NCBI GenBank assembly: GCA_965199155.1
Contig: CBDAQJ010000002.1
Span: forward strand, 158,171 to 222,170
Length of the DNA: 64,000 nt
Origin: Acetobacteraceae bacterium
GTDB taxonomy: Bacteria > Pseudomonadota > Alphaproteobacteria > Acetobacterales > Acetobacteraceae
Direction: 5' to 3'
Under the pieces are notes generated by a model, which saw only the letters and a program-made list of their open reading frames with translations, did not search any database and was not told where the DNA came from. Both the position numbers and the translations under genes were made by a program. Position 1 is the stretch's first letter; each line of letters begins with the position of its first letter. Of the stretch, positions 28,519-41,371 are shown piece by piece.

Positions 28519-28546
28519 ACTATAGAGGCAGATCGCGGCAAGTCAA
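28519..28546 (-). promoter_or_regulatory. Near-consensus sigma70-type promoter for rpsM-rpsK-rpoA-rplQ (TTGACT-N16-TATAGT)
   Basis: Minus strand reads TTGACTtgccgcgatctgcctcTATAGT, about 120 nt upstream of the rpsM GTG, in the adk-rpsM spacer. Confidence 0.5.
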
Positions 28547-28571
28547 CGAACGAGGGTCAACTCTCCGTGAG

Positions 28572-29222
28572 CTACGAAGAGGCCAGCACGGCGTCGATCG
28601 CGGCGCTGACCGCGTCGATATCGCCCATGCCGTCGACCGTGCGAAGGCTGTTCTGCGCCTGGTAGTAGGGCAGGATCGGTTTGGTCTGAGCGTTGTAGGC
28701 GTCGAGGCGGGCAGCCACGGTCTCGCGCTTGTCGTCGGCGCGGCGGACGAAGTCGTGGGCGCCGCAGACGTCGCAGGTGTCCGCGACCAGCGTCCGCTTG
28801 AAGCTGTCATGGTAGCCGGCACCGCACTTGGCGCAGGTGAAGCGGCCGGAAATACGATCGACCAGGACCGCGTCGTCGACGGCGAGTTCGATGACGGCGT
28901 CGAGAGTGACGCCGGCGCCTGCGAGCAGTGTGTCCAGCGCCTCGGCCTGCGCCACCGTGCGTGGGAAGCCGTCGAGGATGAAGCCGCGTGCGGCGTCGGG
29001 CTGGGCGATGCGGGCGCCGAGCATCCGGATAATGATGTCGTCGGAAACCAGGCCGCCGGCCTCCATGATCGAACGTGCCTGTTGGCCGATCGGCGAGCCG
29101 GACTTCACCTCGGCCCGCAGCATGTCACCCGTGGAAATCTGCACGATGCCGTGCGTCTCCTCGAGACGCTTGGCCTGCGTCCCTTTCCCGGCACCAGGGG
29201 GCCCGAGCAGGATGACGTTCAA
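28572..29222 (-). CDS. adk: Adenylate kinase
   Basis: Last 216 codons of ORF 28572..30038. [15 protein letters not shown]-loop and a lid with CAKCG...CDVCG. The only in-frame start near the P-loop is TTG 29222, overlapping the secY TGA (TTGA). Confidence 0.9.
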   Translation of the reverse strand: MNVILLGPPGAGKGTQAKRLEETHGIVQISTGDMLRAEVKSGSPIGQQARSIMEAGGLVSDDIIIRMLGARIAQPDAARGFILDGFPRTVAQAEALDTLLAGAGVTLDAVIELAVDDAVLVDRISGRFTCAKCGAGYHDSFKRTLVADTCDVCGAHDFVRRADDKRETVAARLDAYNAQTKPILPYYQAQNSLRTVDGMGDIDAVSAAIDAVLASS

Positions 29223-30568
29223 CGCGGCCGCCCCTTCGGGCCGCGCTGCTTGCGGATCAGGCCCTGATACTGATGGGCCAGCAGGTGGCTCTGGATCTGG
29301 GTCACGGTGTCCATCGTGACGGACACGATGATGATCAGGCTCTGGCCGCCGAAGTAAAACGGCAGATTGTAGCGGCCGACCAGGACCTGCGGCAGCAGGC
29401 AGATCACCACGAGGTAGATCGCGCCGATCGTGGTCAGGCGGGTGAGCACGTAGTCGAAGAACTCGGCGGTGTTCGAGCCGGGGCGCCGGCCGGGGACGAA
29501 GCCGCCGGAGCGCTTGAGGTTGTCGGCCGTCTCCTGCGGGTTGAAGGCGATCGCGGTGTAGAAATACGAAAAGAAGATGATCATGCCGGCGTAAAGGGCC
29601 AGGTAGAGCGGCTCGCCCTGCCCCAGCTCCTGGCCCAGGAAGGCGAGCCAACCCGGCTCGCTGGTCGGGTTCGAGAAGCCGATCAGCGTCGCCGGGATCA
29701 GCAGGATCGAACTCGCGAAGATGGGCGGGATGACGCCGGCGGTGTTCACCTTGAGCGGCATGTAGGTGGTGTCGCCGCCATACATGCGGTTGCCGACTTG
29801 GCGCTTCGGATGCTGGATCACGACGCGGCGCTGCGCGGTCTCCATGAACACGATGAAGGCGATGGCGGCGAGCGCGATCACGAAGAACGCGATCACCGCG
29901 AAGGCCGACAGGCCGCCGGTATAGGCGAGCTCGAGCAGGCTCGAGACCGTGTGCGGCAGGTTGGCCACGATGCCCGCGAAGATGATCAGGCTGATGCCGT
30001 TGCCGACGCCGCGGGCGGTGATCTGCTCGCCGAGCCACATCAGGAACATCGTGCCGCCCACCAGGGTGACGACGCAGGAGAAGACGAAGAAGGCGCCGGG
30101 ATCGATCACTGCGGGACCCGACGGCCCATGCATGGACTCCAGGCCTTTGGAAATTCCAAAAGCCTGGAAAAGCGCGATCAGCACGGTGAGATAGCGCGTG
30201 TACTGATTGAGCTTCTTGCGGCCCTGCTCGCCCTCCTTCTTGAGGGTTTCGAGCGAGGGGATCGCCGAGCTCATCAGCTGCACGATGATCGACGCCGAGA
30301 TGTACGGCATGATGTTCAGCGCGAACACGGTCATGCGGCCGAGCGCGCCGCCGGTGAACATATCGAACATGCCGAGGATGCCGCTGCCGTGCTGGGCGAG
30401 CAGTTGGCCCATCACGGTCGCGTCGACGCCGGGCACCGGGATGTAGGTGCCGATGCGATAGACGATCAGAGCGCCCAGCGTGAACCAGATCCGCTTGCGG
30501 AGCTCGGTCGCCTTGGAGAACGTGCTGAGATTGATGCTGCCTGCGAGTTGCTCGGCCGCGGAGGCCAT
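29219..30568 (-). CDS. secY: Preprotein translocase subunit SecY
   Basis: 449 aa, 10-TM pattern. GVDATVM...[22 protein letters not shown] canonical. Confidence 0.97.
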   Translation of the reverse strand: MASAAEQLAGSINLSTFSKATELRKRIWFTLGALIVYRIGTYIPVPGVDATVMGQLLAQHGSGILGMFDMFTGGALGRMTVFALNIMPYISASIIVQLMSSAIPSLETLKKEGEQGRKKLNQYTRYLTVLIALFQAFGISKGLESMHGPSGPAVIDPGAFFVFSCVVTLVGGTMFLMWLGEQITARGVGNGISLIIFAGIVANLPHTVSSLLELAYTGGLSAFAVIAFFVIALAAIAFIVFMETAQRRVVIQHPKRQVGNRMYGGDTTYMPLKVNTAGVIPPIFASSILLIPATLIGFSNPTSEPGWLAFLGQELGQGEPLYLALYAGMIIFFSYFYTAIAFNPQETADNLKRSGGFVPGRRPGSNTAEFFDYVLTRLTTIGAIYLVVICLLPQVLVGRYNLPFYFGGQSLIIIVSVTMDTVTQIQSHLLAHQYQGLIRKQRGPKGRPR

Positions 30569-30623
30569 GCGCCCGATCCTTCCGTGAAGAACCCCGGGAC
30601 GTTACCGTCCCGGGGTCGGGATG

Positions 30624-31121
30624 TCAGGCGGTCGCCTCGGCTTCCGGCTTGGCCTTCCTGGCCACCGTCGTCGTCACTTCACCGCCGGCCTTTTGCACCG
30701 CCTCGATCGCGGTGTCGGACGCACCGGCCACCGTGATGCGGATGGCGCGAGTGATCTCGCCGCGTGCCAGCAGGCGCACGCCGTCGATACGTCGGCCGGA
30801 GATCAGGCCCGCTACACGCAGGGTTTCTTCGGTGATCGGGTTGGCGGCGTCGAGCTTGCCGTCGGCGATCGCCTTTTCGAGCGTGCCGAGATTGATCGGC
30901 GCATATTCCTTGCGGAAGATGTTGGTGAAACCACGCTTCGGCATCCGCCGATAGATCGGGAGCTGACCGCCCTCGAACCCGTTCAGCGAGACGCCTTCAC
31001 GTGCCTTCTGGCCCTTCACGCCCTTGCCCGACGTCTTGCCCTTGCCCGAGCCGATGCCGCGCCCGAGGCGCTTGGACTTCAGATGCGCGCCCGGATTGTC
31101 GCGCAGCTCATGGAGCTTCAT
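30624..31121 (-). CDS. rplO: 50S ribosomal protein L15
   Basis: [12 protein letters not shown]...[15 protein letters not shown] canonical L15. Confidence 0.96.
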   Translation of the reverse strand: MKLHELRDNPGAHLKSKRLGRGIGSGKGKTSGKGVKGQKAREGVSLNGFEGGQLPIYRRMPKRGFTNIFRKEYAPINLGTLEKAIADGKLDAANPITEETLRVAGLISGRRIDGVRLLARGEITRAIRITVAGASDTAIEAVQKAGGEVTTTVARKAKPEAEATA

Positions 31122-31122
31122 G

Positions 31123-31314
31123 TCACCCTTCCACCCGGACCAGGTGAGCGACCTTGCGGATCATGCCGCGCACGGACGGCGTGTCCTCGAGCTCACGGGT
31201 ACGGTGCAGCTTGTTGAGGCCGAGGCCGATCAGCGTCTCGCGCTGCGAATGCTCGCGTCCGATCGGCGACCCTGTCTGCGTCACCTTCACGGTGTTCTTG
31301 GTCGTCTCAGACAT
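31123..31314 (-). CDS. rpmD: 50S ribosomal protein L30
   Basis: Internal ATG 31314 of ORF 31123..31482. [27 protein letters not shown] canonical. 63 aa. Confidence 0.93.
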   Translation of the reverse strand: MSETTKNTVKVTQTGSPIGREHSQRETLIGLGLNKLHRTRELEDTPSVRGMIRKVAHLVRVEG

Positions 31315-31888
31315 CGGCGGTGGCCTCCGCGGGCGTGGTGCCCTCGCGCTTGCCGATGATGTCGGAGACCTTCTTGCCGCGACGCTGAGCCACCGAGCGG
31401 GGGCTGGCGCAGCGCTCGAGCGCGTCGAAGGTCGCCTTGACCATGTTGTGCGGGTTGCGACTGCCGAGCGACTTGGCAACAACGTCGCCGATACCGAGTG
31501 ATTCGAACACCGCGCGCATCGGGCCGCCGGCGATGATGCCGGTGCCGGCTTCGGCGGCGCGCAGCACGACCTTGCCCGCGCCGTAATGGCCGGAGACGTC
31601 GTGGTGCAGCGTGCGGCCTTCGCGCATCGGCACGCGGATCATCGTGCGCTTGGCACGGTCCGTCGCCTTGCGGATCGCCTCGGGGACTTCGCGCGCCTTG
31701 CCGGCGCCGTAGCCGACACGCCCCTTCTGATCTCCCACCACCACGAGGGCCGCGAAGGCGAACCTGCGTCCGCCCTTCACCACCTTCGCCACGCGGTTGA
31801 TCGTGACGAGCTTGTCGATCAGTTCGTCGCCGTCGCGGTCCCGTTCGCGATCGCGCCGGCCGCCGCCGTCTCTCGACTCACGTGCCAT
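31307..31888 (-). CDS. rpsE: 30S ribosomal protein S5
   Basis: [35 protein letters not shown] canonical S5. Confidence 0.97.
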   Translation of the reverse strand: MARESRDGGGRRDRERDRDGDELIDKLVTINRVAKVVKGGRRFAFAALVVVGDQKGRVGYGAGKAREVPEAIRKATDRAKRTMIRVPMREGRTLHHDVSGHYGAGKVVLRAAEAGTGIIAGGPMRAVFESLGIGDVVAKSLGSRNPHNMVKATFDALERCASPRSVAQRRGKKVSDIIGKREGTTPAEATADV

Positions 31889-31899
31889 GGTTCATGTCC

Positions 31900-32265
31900 T
31901 CAGAAATCGAGACCGCCCTCGCGGGCGGCTTCGGCCAGCGCCTTGACGCGGCCGTGATACAGATAGGAACCGCGGTCGAACACCACCTGCGTGACGCCGG
32001 CGGCTTTCGCGCGCTCGGCCACGAGCTTGCCCACCGCGGTCGCCGCGTCCCGGTCCGCTCCGGTGCGCAGCTGCGCCTTGAGGTCGGCGTCGAGCGAAGA
32101 GGCCGCTGCCAGCGTCCGTCCCTCGGCGTCGTCGATCACCTGCGCGTAGATGTTCTTGCCCGACCGGAACACCGAGAGGCGCGGACGCCCGACGGCCTTG
32201 CGGCGGAGCTGGAAGCGGAGACGAATGCGCCGCCTTGCGCGAAGATCCTGCTGAACGGCCATCAC
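31900..32265 (-). CDS. rplR: 50S ribosomal protein L18
   Basis: [18 protein letters not shown]...[25 protein letters not shown] canonical L18. Confidence 0.96.
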   Translation of the reverse strand: MMAVQQDLRARRRIRLRFQLRRKAVGRPRLSVFRSGKNIYAQVIDDAEGRTLAAASSLDADLKAQLRTGADRDAATAVGKLVAERAKAAGVTQVVFDRGSYLYHGRVKALAEAAREGGLDF

Positions 32266-32795
32266 TTCTTCTTGCCTTCCTTGCGCCGGATCTGCTCGTT
32301 GTCGTAGCGGACGCCCTTGCCCTTGTAGGGCTCCGGCGGCCGGAAGCGACGAATATCGAGCGCCACCTGGCCGACCTGCTGCTTGTCAGCACCCGAGATC
32401 GTCACCGAGGTCGGACGCGGCGTAACCATCGTGATCCCCTCGGGGATCGGATAGACGACCGGGTGCGAGAAGCCGAGGTTCATCTCGAGATTCTTGCCGT
32501 TGACCGCCGCACGATAACCGGTGCCGGTAATCTCGAGCGTCTTGGAATAGCCGACCGAGACGCCCTTCACCAGGCTGGCGACCAGCGCGCGCGTGGTGCC
32601 CCACATCATCCGCGACGGACGCGAATTGTTGCGGGGAACGACGGTGACCTTGCCGCCGTCGACCGTCGTCGTGACAGCCTCCGAGAGCGGAAATGACAGC
32701 GAGCCGAGCTTGCCCTTGGCCGTGAGGATGCCCTCGGTAATCGCGACTTCGACACCTGCGGGGATCTCGACGGGATACTTGCCTACACGTGACAT
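32262..32795 (-). CDS. rplF: 50S ribosomal protein L6
   Basis: Internal ATG 32795. [15 protein letters not shown]...GYRA...GFSHPV...[12 protein letters not shown] canonical. 177 aa. Confidence 0.96.
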   Translation of the reverse strand: MSRVGKYPVEIPAGVEVAITEGILTAKGKLGSLSFPLSEAVTTTVDGGKVTVVPRNNSRPSRMMWGTTRALVASLVKGVSVGYSKTLEITGTGYRAAVNGKNLEMNLGFSHPVVYPIPEGITMVTPRPTSVTISGADKQQVGQVALDIRRFRPPEPYKGKGVRYDNEQIRRKEGKKK

Positions 32796-32805
32796 TTCGC
32801 GCTCC

Positions 32806-33204
32806 TCAGAACACGCGGCAGAGGACTTCGCCGCCGACATTCGCAGCGCGGGCCTCCGCATCGCTGAGAACACCGCGCGGCGTCGACAGGATCGACGTGC
32901 CCAGACCGGCGTAGTGGCGTGGCAGCTCCTTGATCTTGGAATACACGCGGCGGCCCGGCTTGGAGACCCTCTGGATCTCTTTGATGACGGGCTCGCCCTC
33001 GTTGTATTTCAGCTCGATGCGCAGCTGCGAAATCCCCGGACGGAGAACCTCGCTGCTGAAGCCGCGAATGTAGCCCTCGCGCTTCAACGCCTCGAGCACG
33101 TTGGCGCGGAGCTGCGATGCGGGCGAGACGCAGGCCGCGTGACGGCTGCGCTGCGCGTTGCGAATTCGTGTGAGCATATCGCCCAACGGGTCGGACATCG
33201 ACAT
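32806..33204 (-). CDS. rpsH: 30S ribosomal protein S8
   Basis: Internal ATG 33204. [14 protein letters not shown]...GGEVLCRVF canonical. 132 aa. Confidence 0.96.
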   Translation of the reverse strand: MSMSDPLGDMLTRIRNAQRSRHAACVSPASQLRANVLEALKREGYIRGFSSEVLRPGISQLRIELKYNEGEPVIKEIQRVSKPGRRVYSKIKELPRHYAGLGTSILSTPRGVLSDAEARAANVGGEVLCRVF

Positions 33205-33214
33205 GGCCCGCTCC

Positions 33215-33520
33215 TTACCAGCTCGACTTGACCATGCCCGGGATCTGACCCGAGCTCGCAAGATCACGCAGCGCGATGCGGCACAGCTTGAACTTGCGAT
33301 AATTCGCGCGCGACCGGCCGGTCAACGCGCAGCGGAGACGCACGCGCGTCCGGCTGCCATTGCGCGGCAGCTCGGCCAGCTTGATCGACGCCTCGAAACG
33401 CTCCTCGACGGGAAGCTCGCGATCGCGAACGACCGCCTTGAGCTTCTCCCGCTTCGGCAGATCGCGCTTCGCCATTCGCTCGCGCTTCTGATTGCGCAGG
33501 ATCTGGGAAGTCTTGGCCAT
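33215..33520 (-). CDS. rpsN: 30S ribosomal protein S14 (long, 101-aa form)
   Basis: Internal ATG 33520. [14 protein letters not shown]...[22 protein letters not shown] canonical. Confidence 0.96.
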   Translation of the reverse strand: MAKTSQILRNQKRERMAKRDLPKREKLKAVVRDRELPVEERFEASIKLAELPRNGSRTRVRLRCALTGRSRANYRKFKLCRIALRDLASSGQIPGMVKSSW

Positions 33521-33583
33521 GCCTGTCTTACCCTCCGGAACCTGCAGGCACGATGGCCTGCGGTTTTCCAACAGAAAACTGTG

Positions 33584-34171
33584 TCAAGTCGCCTGGAACG
33601 GCAGGTCGAACGCCTTGAGCAGCGCCTTCGCCTCGGCGTCGGTGCGCGCTGTGGTGACGAAGATGATGTCCATGCCGCGGACCGTGTCGACCTTGTCGTA
33701 GTTGATCTCGGGGAACACAATCTGCTCCTTGAGACCCATCGCGAAGTTGCCGCGACCGTCGAAGCCCTTGTTCGCCGGCAGGCCGCGAAAGTCGCGCACG
33801 CGCGGCATGGCGATCGTCACCAGGCGGTCGAGAAACTCGAACATGCGTGCCGAGCGCAGCGTGACCTTGCAGCCGATCGGCAGGCCTTCGCGGATCTTGA
33901 AGCCGGCGATCGCCTTCTTGGCGACCGTCTTCACCGGCTTCTGGCCGGCGATCAGCATCATCTCGTTGTAGGCCGCGTCGAGCTTCTTCTGGTCGCCGGC
34001 GGCTTCACCCACGCCCATATTGATCACGATCTTCTCGAGACGCGGGACCTGCATCTCGTTCTTGTAGTCGAACTCCTGGGTCAGCGCGGGACGGATGGTG
34101 TCCACGTAGCGCTGGTGGAGGCGCGGACGGACCCGCCCCTCGCCCTGAGTTGGTGTGGTTGCGTCCGACAT
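33584..34171 (-). CDS. rplE: 50S ribosomal protein L5
   Basis: [20 protein letters not shown]...[18 protein letters not shown] canonical L5. Confidence 0.96.
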   Translation of the reverse strand: MSDATTPTQGEGRVRPRLHQRYVDTIRPALTQEFDYKNEMQVPRLEKIVINMGVGEAAGDQKKLDAAYNEMMLIAGQKPVKTVAKKAIAGFKIREGLPIGCKVTLRSARMFEFLDRLVTIAMPRVRDFRGLPANKGFDGRGNFAMGLKEQIVFPEINYDKVDTVRGMDIIFVTTARTDAEAKALLKAFDLPFQAT

Positions 34172-34176
34172 TTGCG

Positions 34177-34497
34177 TCAGCCTTCGATCAGCTCGCCGGT
34201 CGCCTTGGCGACGCGCGCCTTGGTGCCATTGTCGAGCACGCGGAAGCCGACCTTGGTCGGCTTGCCGCTCTTGGGGTCAATGAGCTTGAGGTTCGACAGG
34301 TGGATGGGAGATTCCTTCTCCACGATCCCGCCGGGCTGGCCCATGCCGCGCGGCTTGGTATGGCGTTTGACCACACGCACACCCCGCACCATTGCCCGCT
34401 CCTCGGTCGGGAACACCTGCAGGACCTCGCCCTCCACGCCCTTCTGGGCGCCGGTGATCACGACGACGCGGTCGCCCTTCTTGATGCGCGCGGCCAT
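34177..34497 (-). CDS. rplX: 50S ribosomal protein L24
   Basis: Internal ATG 34497 overlapping the rplN stop (TAATG). [19 protein letters not shown] motif. 106 aa. Confidence 0.95.
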   Translation of the reverse strand: MAARIKKGDRVVVITGAQKGVEGEVLQVFPTEERAMVRGVRVVKRHTKPRGMGQPGGIVEKESPIHLSNLKLIDPKSGKPTKVGFRVLDNGTKARVAKATGELIEG

Positions 34498-34865
34498 TAC
34501 AGCACCTCCGGCGCGAGCGAGATGATCTTCATGAATTTCCGCGCGCGCAGTTCGCGGACCACCGGGCCGAAGATGCGGGTGCCGATCGGCTCGGACTGCT
34601 TGTTGATCAGCACGGCCGCGTTGCGATCGAAACGGATGGCACTCCCGTCGGGACGACGCACCGGAAAGGCCGTGCGGACGATCACCGCCTGGTGCACGTC
34701 GCCCTTCTTCACCTTGCCGCGCGGAATCGCTTCCTTGATGGACACGACGATCACATCGCCGACCGAGGCGGACTTCCGCTTGGAGCCGCCCAGCACCTTG
34801 ATGCACTGCACCCGACGGGCACCGGAATTATCGGCGACGTCCAGGTTGGTCTCGGGATGGATCAT
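34497..34865 (-). CDS. rplN: 50S ribosomal protein L14
   Basis: [28 protein letters not shown] canonical L14. 122 aa. Confidence 0.98.
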   Translation of the reverse strand: MIHPETNLDVADNSGARRVQCIKVLGGSKRKSASVGDVIVVSIKEAIPRGKVKKGDVHQAVIVRTAFPVRRPDGSAIRFDRNAAVLINKQSEPIGTRIFGPVVRELRARKFMKIISLAPEVL

Positions 34866-35177
34866 TTAAGCCCCCACTTCTTCCATGGGCACGCCGACGG
34901 GCTCGGGAGCCGCATTGGCAGGCGCGTCATGAGTGAACGGCTCTCCGTTGCGGGTGATCACCATCCACGTCTTGCGCTTGCTGATCGGGATACATTCCTC
35001 GATGCGCACGGTGTCGCCGACGCGGCAGGTATTCTGCTCGTCATGCGCCGCGTACTTCTTCGAACGCCGGATGAACTTCTTGTACAGCGGATGCATGATA
35101 CGACGCTCGACCGAGACCGTGACGGTCTTGTCCATCTTGTCGCTGGTGATCCGCCCAGTGAGGACGCGCTTCGGCAT
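34866..35177 (-). CDS. rpsQ: 30S ribosomal protein S17 (with ~20-aa C-terminal extension)
   Basis: [31 protein letters not shown] canonical core. The tail [21 protein letters not shown] is extra. Confidence 0.95.
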   Translation of the reverse strand: MPKRVLTGRITSDKMDKTVTVSVERRIMHPLYKKFIRRSKKYAAHDEQNTCRVGDTVRIEECIPISKRKTWMVITRNGEPFTHDAPANAAPEPVGVPMEEVGA

Positions 35178-35187
35178 CGACCCCTCC

Positions 35188-35400
35188 TCAGGACGCTGTG
35201 GGTGTGGATTGGTGTTGCAGGGTCTTCACCCGTGCGATCTCGCGACGGACCTGGCGCACGCGCGCAGTCCCCTCGCTCTGGCCGGTCGCCCGCTGGAAGC
35301 GCAGATTGAACTGCTCGCGTTTGAGGTCGAGCAGAAGCGTGGACATCTCGTCCGGCGTCTTGTGACGCAGCTCGGCGGCAGTGTTCTTGGATGCGGCCAT
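35188..35400 (-). CDS. rpmC: 50S ribosomal protein L29
   Basis: [27 protein letters not shown] canonical L29. Confidence 0.95.
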   Translation of the reverse strand: MAASKNTAAELRHKTPDEMSTLLLDLKREQFNLRFQRATGQSEGTARVRQVRREIARVKTLQHQSTPTAS

Positions 35401-35401
35401 C

Positions 35402-35818
35402 TCAGGCGTCTCCCATGCGGGTGACGAACTTCGTCTTGATCGGCAGCTTGGCAGCGCCGAGCGTCAGTGCCTCGCGGGCGACCTCGACCGGCACGCCGTC
35501 GATCTCGAACATGATGCGGCCCGGCTTGACGCGCGCCACCCAGAATTCGGGACTGCCCTTGCCGGAACCCATGCGGACTTCCGCAGGCTTCGTCGACACC
35601 GGCACGTCCGGGAAGATGCGGATCCACACGCGGCCCGCCCGCTTCATGGCGCGGGTGATCGCACGACGCGAGGCCTCGATCTGGCGCGCGGTGACACGCT
35701 CCGGCTGGAGTGCCTTCAAGCCATACTCACCAAAGTTCAGCATGGTGCCGCCCTTGGCCAGGCCGTGGATGCGGCCCTTGTGCGCCTTGCGGTACTTGGT
35801 CCGCTTCGGAGAAAGCAT
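35402..35818 (-). CDS. rplP: 50S ribosomal protein L16
   Basis: [16 protein letters not shown]...[20 protein letters not shown] canonical L16. Confidence 0.98.
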   Translation of the reverse strand: MLSPKRTKYRKAHKGRIHGLAKGGTMLNFGEYGLKALQPERVTARQIEASRRAITRAMKRAGRVWIRIFPDVPVSTKPAEVRMGSGKGSPEFWVARVKPGRIMFEIDGVPVEVAREALTLGAAKLPIKTKFVTRMGDA

Positions 35819-35842
35819 TGTCCTGTTCCTTCGCCGCGGTTC

Positions 35843-36520
35843 TTAGCGCTGCGGCGCCTGTTCGGCCGCACGACGATCCTGTGCGGACGGGTCGTGAGCC
35901 AGGATCTCGCCCTTGAAGATCCACACCTTCACACCGCAGGTGCCGTAGGTCGTCTTCGCGGTCGCAACCCCGTAATCGATATCCGCACGCAGCGTATGCA
36001 GCGGCACGCGGCCTTCGCGATACCACTCGGTTCGCGCGATTTCCGCGCCACCGAGACGGCCACCGCAATTGATCCGGATGCCCTGCGCGCCGAGACGCAT
36101 CGCCGACTGCACCGCACGCTTCATCGCACGACGGAACGCCACGCGACGCTCGAGCTGCTGGGCGATGTTCTCGGCCACCAGCTGCGCGTCGATCTCCGGC
36201 TTGCGGATCTCGACGATGTTAAGTGCCACCTCGGCCTTCGCCATCTTCGTGAGATCACGGCGCAGAACCTCGATGTCCTGACCCTTCTTGCCGATCACCA
36301 CGCCCGGGCGCGCGGCGTAGATCGTCACGCGCGGCTTCTTGGCCGGACGCTCAATCACCACGCGCGACACGCCTGCGCCGGAGAGCTTCTTTCGCAGATG
36401 CGTGCGCAGCTTGTAGTCGTCGAGCAGCAGTCGGGAGTAATCGTCGCCGGCAAACCAGCGGCTGTCCCAGGTGCGGTTGACGCCGAGCCGAAGCCCGATC
36501 GGATTGACCTTGTGACCCAT
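35843..36520 (-). CDS. rpsC: 30S ribosomal protein S3
   Basis: [24 protein letters not shown] canonical S3. Confidence 0.98.
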   Translation of the reverse strand: MGHKVNPIGLRLGVNRTWDSRWFAGDDYSRLLLDDYKLRTHLRKKLSGAGVSRVVIERPAKKPRVTIYAARPGVVIGKKGQDIEVLRRDLTKMAKAEVALNIVEIRKPEIDAQLVAENIAQQLERRVAFRRAMKRAVQSAMRLGAQGIRINCGGRLGGAEIARTEWYREGRVPLHTLRADIDYGVATAKTTYGTCGVKVWIFKGEILAHDPSAQDRRAAEQAPQR

Positions 36521-36523
36521 CTC

Positions 36524-36928
36524 TCAGGCCGCCTTCTCGTTTTCGGTCGCAGCTTCCGGCGTACGCTCGGACACCACGATCTTCAGGTGGCTGAACCACT
36601 TCTCGATGCGGGCCGCCTTGCCGCGGCCGCGCGCATGGAAGCGGCGCATCACGATCGACTTGCCCACCTCGGCGCGCGTGACGACCAACTGGTCGACATC
36701 GAGCTGATGGTTGTTCTCGGCGTTCGCGACCGCGCTTTCGACGGCCTTGCGGACCGCCTGCGCGATGCGGCGCTTGTTGAAAGTCAGGCTGGCGATCGCC
36801 TGGCCAGCCGGCTTGTTGCGGATCGTCGCCGCGACAAGATTCAGCTTGCGCGGGCTCACCCGCAGGTTGCTCACCACAGCCTGAGCTTCGGTTTCCGCCA
36901 GAAGGCGGGGAAACTGCGGCTTGCTCAT
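36524..36928 (-). CDS. rplV: 50S ribosomal protein L22
   Basis: Internal ATG 36928 of ORF 36524..37495. LRVSPRKLNLVAATIRNK...RRFHARGRGKAARIEKWFSHL canonical. 134 aa. Confidence 0.95.
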   Translation of the reverse strand: MSKPQFPRLLAETEAQAVVSNLRVSPRKLNLVAATIRNKPAGQAIASLTFNKRRIAQAVRKAVESAVANAENNHQLDVDQLVVTRAEVGKSIVMRRFHARGRGKAARIEKWFSHLKIVVSERTPEAATENEKAA

Positions 36929-36929
36929 C

Positions 36930-37208
36930 TCAGCCTCGCTTCGCTTTCTTGTCCGACGAGTGACTCGTAAAAGTCCGCGTCGGCGAGAACTCGCCGAACT
37001 TGTGACCGACCATGTTCTCGCTGACCTGCACGGGCAGGAATTTGTGCCCGTTATAGACGCCGAACGTCTGCCCCACGAACTGCGGCAGGATCGTCGAGCG
37101 GCGCGACCAGATCTTGATGATCTCGTTGCGACCCGACGCTCGCGACGTCTCTGATTTCTTAAGGAGGTACCCGTCCACGAACGGGCCCTTCCAGACGGAA
37201 CGTGCCAT
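36930..37208 (-). CDS. rpsS: 30S ribosomal protein S19
   Basis: [18 protein letters not shown]...[13 protein letters not shown] canonical S19. Confidence 0.98.
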   Translation of the reverse strand: MARSVWKGPFVDGYLLKKSETSRASGRNEIIKIWSRRSTILPQFVGQTFGVYNGHKFLPVQVSENMVGHKFGEFSPTRTFTSHSSDKKAKRG

Positions 37209-37224
37209 CTCTCCGAACCCTCGC

Positions 37225-38055
37225 TTACTTGCCGGTCTTGCGACGACGGATGATCAGGCTGTCCGTTCGCTTGTTGACCCGCGTCTTGTATCCCTTCGTG
37301 GGAATGCCCCACGGCGTCACCGGATGACGGCCACCCGAGGTGCGACCCTCGCCACCACCGTGCGGGTGATCGACCGGGTTCATTACCACACCCCGCTGAT
37401 GCGGCTTGCGCCCCATCCAGCGTGAGCGGCCCGCCTTGCCGAAATGCTGGTTCATGTTGTCGGGGTTGGACACCGCGCCGATCGTCGCCAGGCACTCGCC
37501 GCGCACCAGGCGAACCTCGCCCGATTGCAGCTTGATCTGCGCGTAACCGGAATCTTTGCCGACCAGCTGCGCGTAGGTGCCGGCTGCACGGGCCATCTTG
37601 CCGCCCCCGCCTGCCTTCAACTCCACGTTGTGCACGATCGTGCCGACCGGGATCGTCGCCAGCGGCATCGCATTGCCAGGCTTGATGTCGCAGCGCGCAC
37701 CGGCCACGACCTGATCGCCCACGCGCAGGCGCTGCGGCGCGAGGATGTAGGACAGCTCGCCGTCCTGGTACTTGATCAGCGCGATGAACGCGGTGCGGTT
37801 CGGATCATACTCGAGCCGCTCGACAGTCGCCGGCACATCGAACTTGCGACGGCGAAAATCCACCAGACGGTAGCTCTGCTTGTGTCCGCCGCCACGAAAG
37901 CGCGAGGTGATGCGCCCGTGATTGTTACGCCCGCCCGAGTGCGACTTGCCCTCGGTTAGCAGCTTGACGGGCTTGCCGCGCCAGAGCTCGCTGCGGTCGA
38001 TCAGAATCGTGCCGCGAAGGCTCGCCGTGACCGGGTTGAAATGCTTGAGTGCCAT
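37225..38055 (-). CDS. rplB: 50S ribosomal protein L2
   Basis: [18 protein letters not shown]...[17 protein letters not shown] canonical L2. Confidence 0.98.
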   Translation of the reverse strand: MALKHFNPVTASLRGTILIDRSELWRGKPVKLLTEGKSHSGGRNNHGRITSRFRGGGHKQSYRLVDFRRRKFDVPATVERLEYDPNRTAFIALIKYQDGELSYILAPQRLRVGDQVVAGARCDIKPGNAMPLATIPVGTIVHNVELKAGGGGKMARAAGTYAQLVGKDSGYAQIKLQSGEVRLVRGECLATIGAVSNPDNMNQHFGKAGRSRWMGRKPHQRGVVMNPVDHPHGGGEGRTSGGRHPVTPWGIPTKGYKTRVNKRTDSLIIRRRKTGK

Positions 38056-38071
38056 GTCGCCTGGTCCCGGA

Positions 38072-38407
38072 TCAGCCGAGCTTCGTCGTCGGGTCGATCG
38101 ACTGACCCGGCGCGAGCTTCACATATGCCTTCTTTACGTCGGACCGGCGACCCGGACGACCCTTGAAGCGCTTCGTCTTTCCCTTCGCGACCAGCGTGTT
38201 CACGGACGTCACCGTCACGCCGAACAACCCTTCGATCGCAGCCTTGATCTCGAACTTCGTGGAATCGGGCGCCACCTTGAAGACGATGCCGTTGTGCTCC
38301 GACAGCATGGTCGCCTTCTCGGTGATGATCGGCGCACGGATCGTGTCGAACATCGCCTCGCGCGACATGCGCGACGCGGCGCCGCGGAGTGCCAGAACGT
38401 TGGTCAT
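38072..38407 (-). CDS. rplW: 50S ribosomal protein L23
   Basis: [11 protein letters not shown]...FKV...K.EIK.AIE.LF.V.V..VNT canonical. ATG 38407 overlaps the rplD stop (ATGA). A shorter start at the internal MSRE is possible. Confidence 0.93.
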   Translation of the reverse strand: MTNVLALRGAASRMSREAMFDTIRAPIITEKATMLSEHNGIVFKVAPDSTKFEIKAAIEGLFGVTVTSVNTLVAKGKTKRFKGRPGRRSDVKKAYVKLAPGQSIDPTTKLG

Positions 38408-39021
38408 GCCAGCCGCTCCTTCAGCGCCTCGACGCCGGCGCGGGTGATCGCCAGCATCTCATGGTTGAGAATGTCGTAGACGTTGGCGCCAACAGTCGGC
38501 AGCACGTCGATCTTATGGAGGTTGCGCACCGCGCGACCGAACTGCTCGTTCACCACGCCGTCGACGATCAGAACCGAGGTCCAGCCGAGGCCGGCAACCT
38601 GCCTAGCCACCTCGCGGGTCTTGCCGACACCACTCTCGGCGGTCTCGATCACCACCAGCTTGCCCTCGGCCGCCTTCTGCGACAACGCCGAGATCAGGCC
38701 AAGCCTGCGCACCTTCTTCGGCAGATCGAAGCCGTGATCACGCACGACCGGGCCGTGCACGACACCGCCGGTGCGAAACTGCGGCGCCCGCAACGAACCC
38801 TGACGCGCATTGCCCGTGCCCTTCTGCCGATACGGCTTCTTGGTCGTGCCGCGCACCTCGCCCAGGCCCTTGGTCTTGTGCGTGCCGGCACGGCGCTTCA
38901 TCAGCTGCCACTGCACGACGCGCGCCATGATGTCGGGCCGCGGTGCGATCCCGAAGATCGCCTCCGGCAGTTCGATCGTGCCGGCGGCAGCACCTTCAAA
39001 CGTCTTGATCTCAACTTCCAT
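38404..39021 (-). CDS. rplD: 50S ribosomal protein L4
   Basis: [43 protein letters not shown] canonical L4. Confidence 0.97.
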   Translation of the reverse strand: MEVEIKTFEGAAAGTIELPEAIFGIAPRPDIMARVVQWQLMKRRAGTHKTKGLGEVRGTTKKPYRQKGTGNARQGSLRAPQFRTGGVVHGPVVRDHGFDLPKKVRRLGLISALSQKAAEGKLVVIETAESGVGKTREVARQVAGLGWTSVLIVDGVVNEQFGRAVRNLHKIDVLPTVGANVYDILNHEMLAITRAGVEALKERLA

Positions 39022-39032
39022 GATCCCGGTCC

Positions 39033-39749
39033 TCAGCCCACTGCCGCCGGAGCGTCGGGCGTCTCGCCCGCGCCATGACCGGCGACGCCCGCGGGATAGG
39101 GCGCATCCGCATGGCGCGCGTGCTTGATCGCATCGCGCACCAGCACGTAGCCCTGGCGGGCACCCGGCACGGCGCCGCGCACCATGATCAGGTTGCGCGC
39201 CACGTCGATGCCGGCGACCTCGAGGTTGAGCGTGGTGATGCGCTCGTCGCCCATGTGGCCGGCCATCTTCTTGTTCTTGAAGGTCTTGCCGGGATCCTGC
39301 CGGTTGCCGGTCGAGCCCAGCGAACGATGGCTGATCGACACACCGTGCGAGGCTTCGAGACCGGCGAAGTTCCAGCGTTTCATGCCGCCCTGAAAACCCT
39401 TGCCCTTCGACGTGCCGGTCACGTCGATCTTCTGGCCGACAACGAAGTGCGAGGCCGACAATGTCGCGCCGACCTCGAGCACCGCATCGTCCGCGGTCCG
39501 GAACTCGACCAGCTTCATCTTCGGCTCGACCTTGGCCTTCGCGAAATGGCCGCGGTTCGGCTTGGTGACGTTCTTCACCTTCGCACGGCCAATTCCCAGC
39601 TGCACCGCGGTGTAGCCGTCGCGCTCCACCGTGCGCGTGTCAACGACCTGCACCTCGTCGAGATGCAGGACGGTCACGGGCACGTGGGTGCCGTCGTCCT
39701 TGAACAGCCGGGTCATGCCCAGCTTCTTTGCGATCAAACCCGTACGCAT
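39033..39749 (-). CDS. rplC: 50S ribosomal protein L3
   Basis: [16 protein letters not shown]...[17 protein letters not shown] canonical L3. Confidence 0.97.
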   Translation of the reverse strand: MRTGLIAKKLGMTRLFKDDGTHVPVTVLHLDEVQVVDTRTVERDGYTAVQLGIGRAKVKNVTKPNRGHFAKAKVEPKMKLVEFRTADDAVLEVGATLSASHFVVGQKIDVTGTSKGKGFQGGMKRWNFAGLEASHGVSISHRSLGSTGNRQDPGKTFKNKKMAGHMGDERITTLNLEVAGIDVARNLIMVRGAVPGARQGYVLVRDAIKHARHADAPYPAGVAGHGAGETPDAPAAVG

Positions 39750-39763
39750 TGTCTCGGCTCGAC

Positions 39764-40072
39764 TCAGATCTTGATTTCGACGTCGACGCCCGAGGCCAGG
39801 TCGAGCTTCATCAGCGCGTCCACGGTCTGCGGGGTCGGCTCGACGATGTCGAGAAGCCGGCGATGGGTCCGGATCTCGAACTGCTCACGGCTCTTCTTGT
39901 CCACGTGCGGCGAGCGGTTCACCGTGAAGCGCTCGATATGCGTGGGAAGGGGGATGGGTCCCCGAACCCGCGCGCCCGTCCGCTTCGCCGTGTTCACGAT
40001 CTCCCGCGTGCTGTTGTCCAGCACGCGGTGATCGTACGCCTTGAGGCGAATGCGGATGTTCTGGTTGTCCAT
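39764..40072 (-). CDS. rpsJ: 30S ribosomal protein S10
   Basis: [14 protein letters not shown]...GPIPLPT...[18 protein letters not shown] canonical S10. Confidence 0.98.
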   Translation of the reverse strand: MDNQNIRIRLKAYDHRVLDNSTREIVNTAKRTGARVRGPIPLPTHIERFTVNRSPHVDKKSREQFEIRTHRRLLDIVEPTPQTVDALMKLDLASGVDVEIKI

Positions 40073-40121
40073 GGTCTTACAAAATCCAGTTCGGGCTGCG
40101 CGCGCGGGTTCGGGTCACCGA

Positions 40122-41312
<1,191 letters not shown>

Positions 41313-41371
41313 CGTCGTCTCTCCGCTACCGGTTCAATCGGAACCGTGCTTCGGGTTGAACTTCTCTTCTC

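Noticed and set aside
28572-30038. A 488-aa ORF suggesting a long N-terminally extended adenylate kinase. ORF 36524..37495 (323 aa) ending in L22 and ORF 54784..55590 ending in L11 are similar cases.
   Set aside because: The upstream portions are out-of-frame read-through of secY, rpsS/rplB or spacer DNA with junk composition. Canonical protein N-termini begin at internal starts with proper spacing to the preceding gene.
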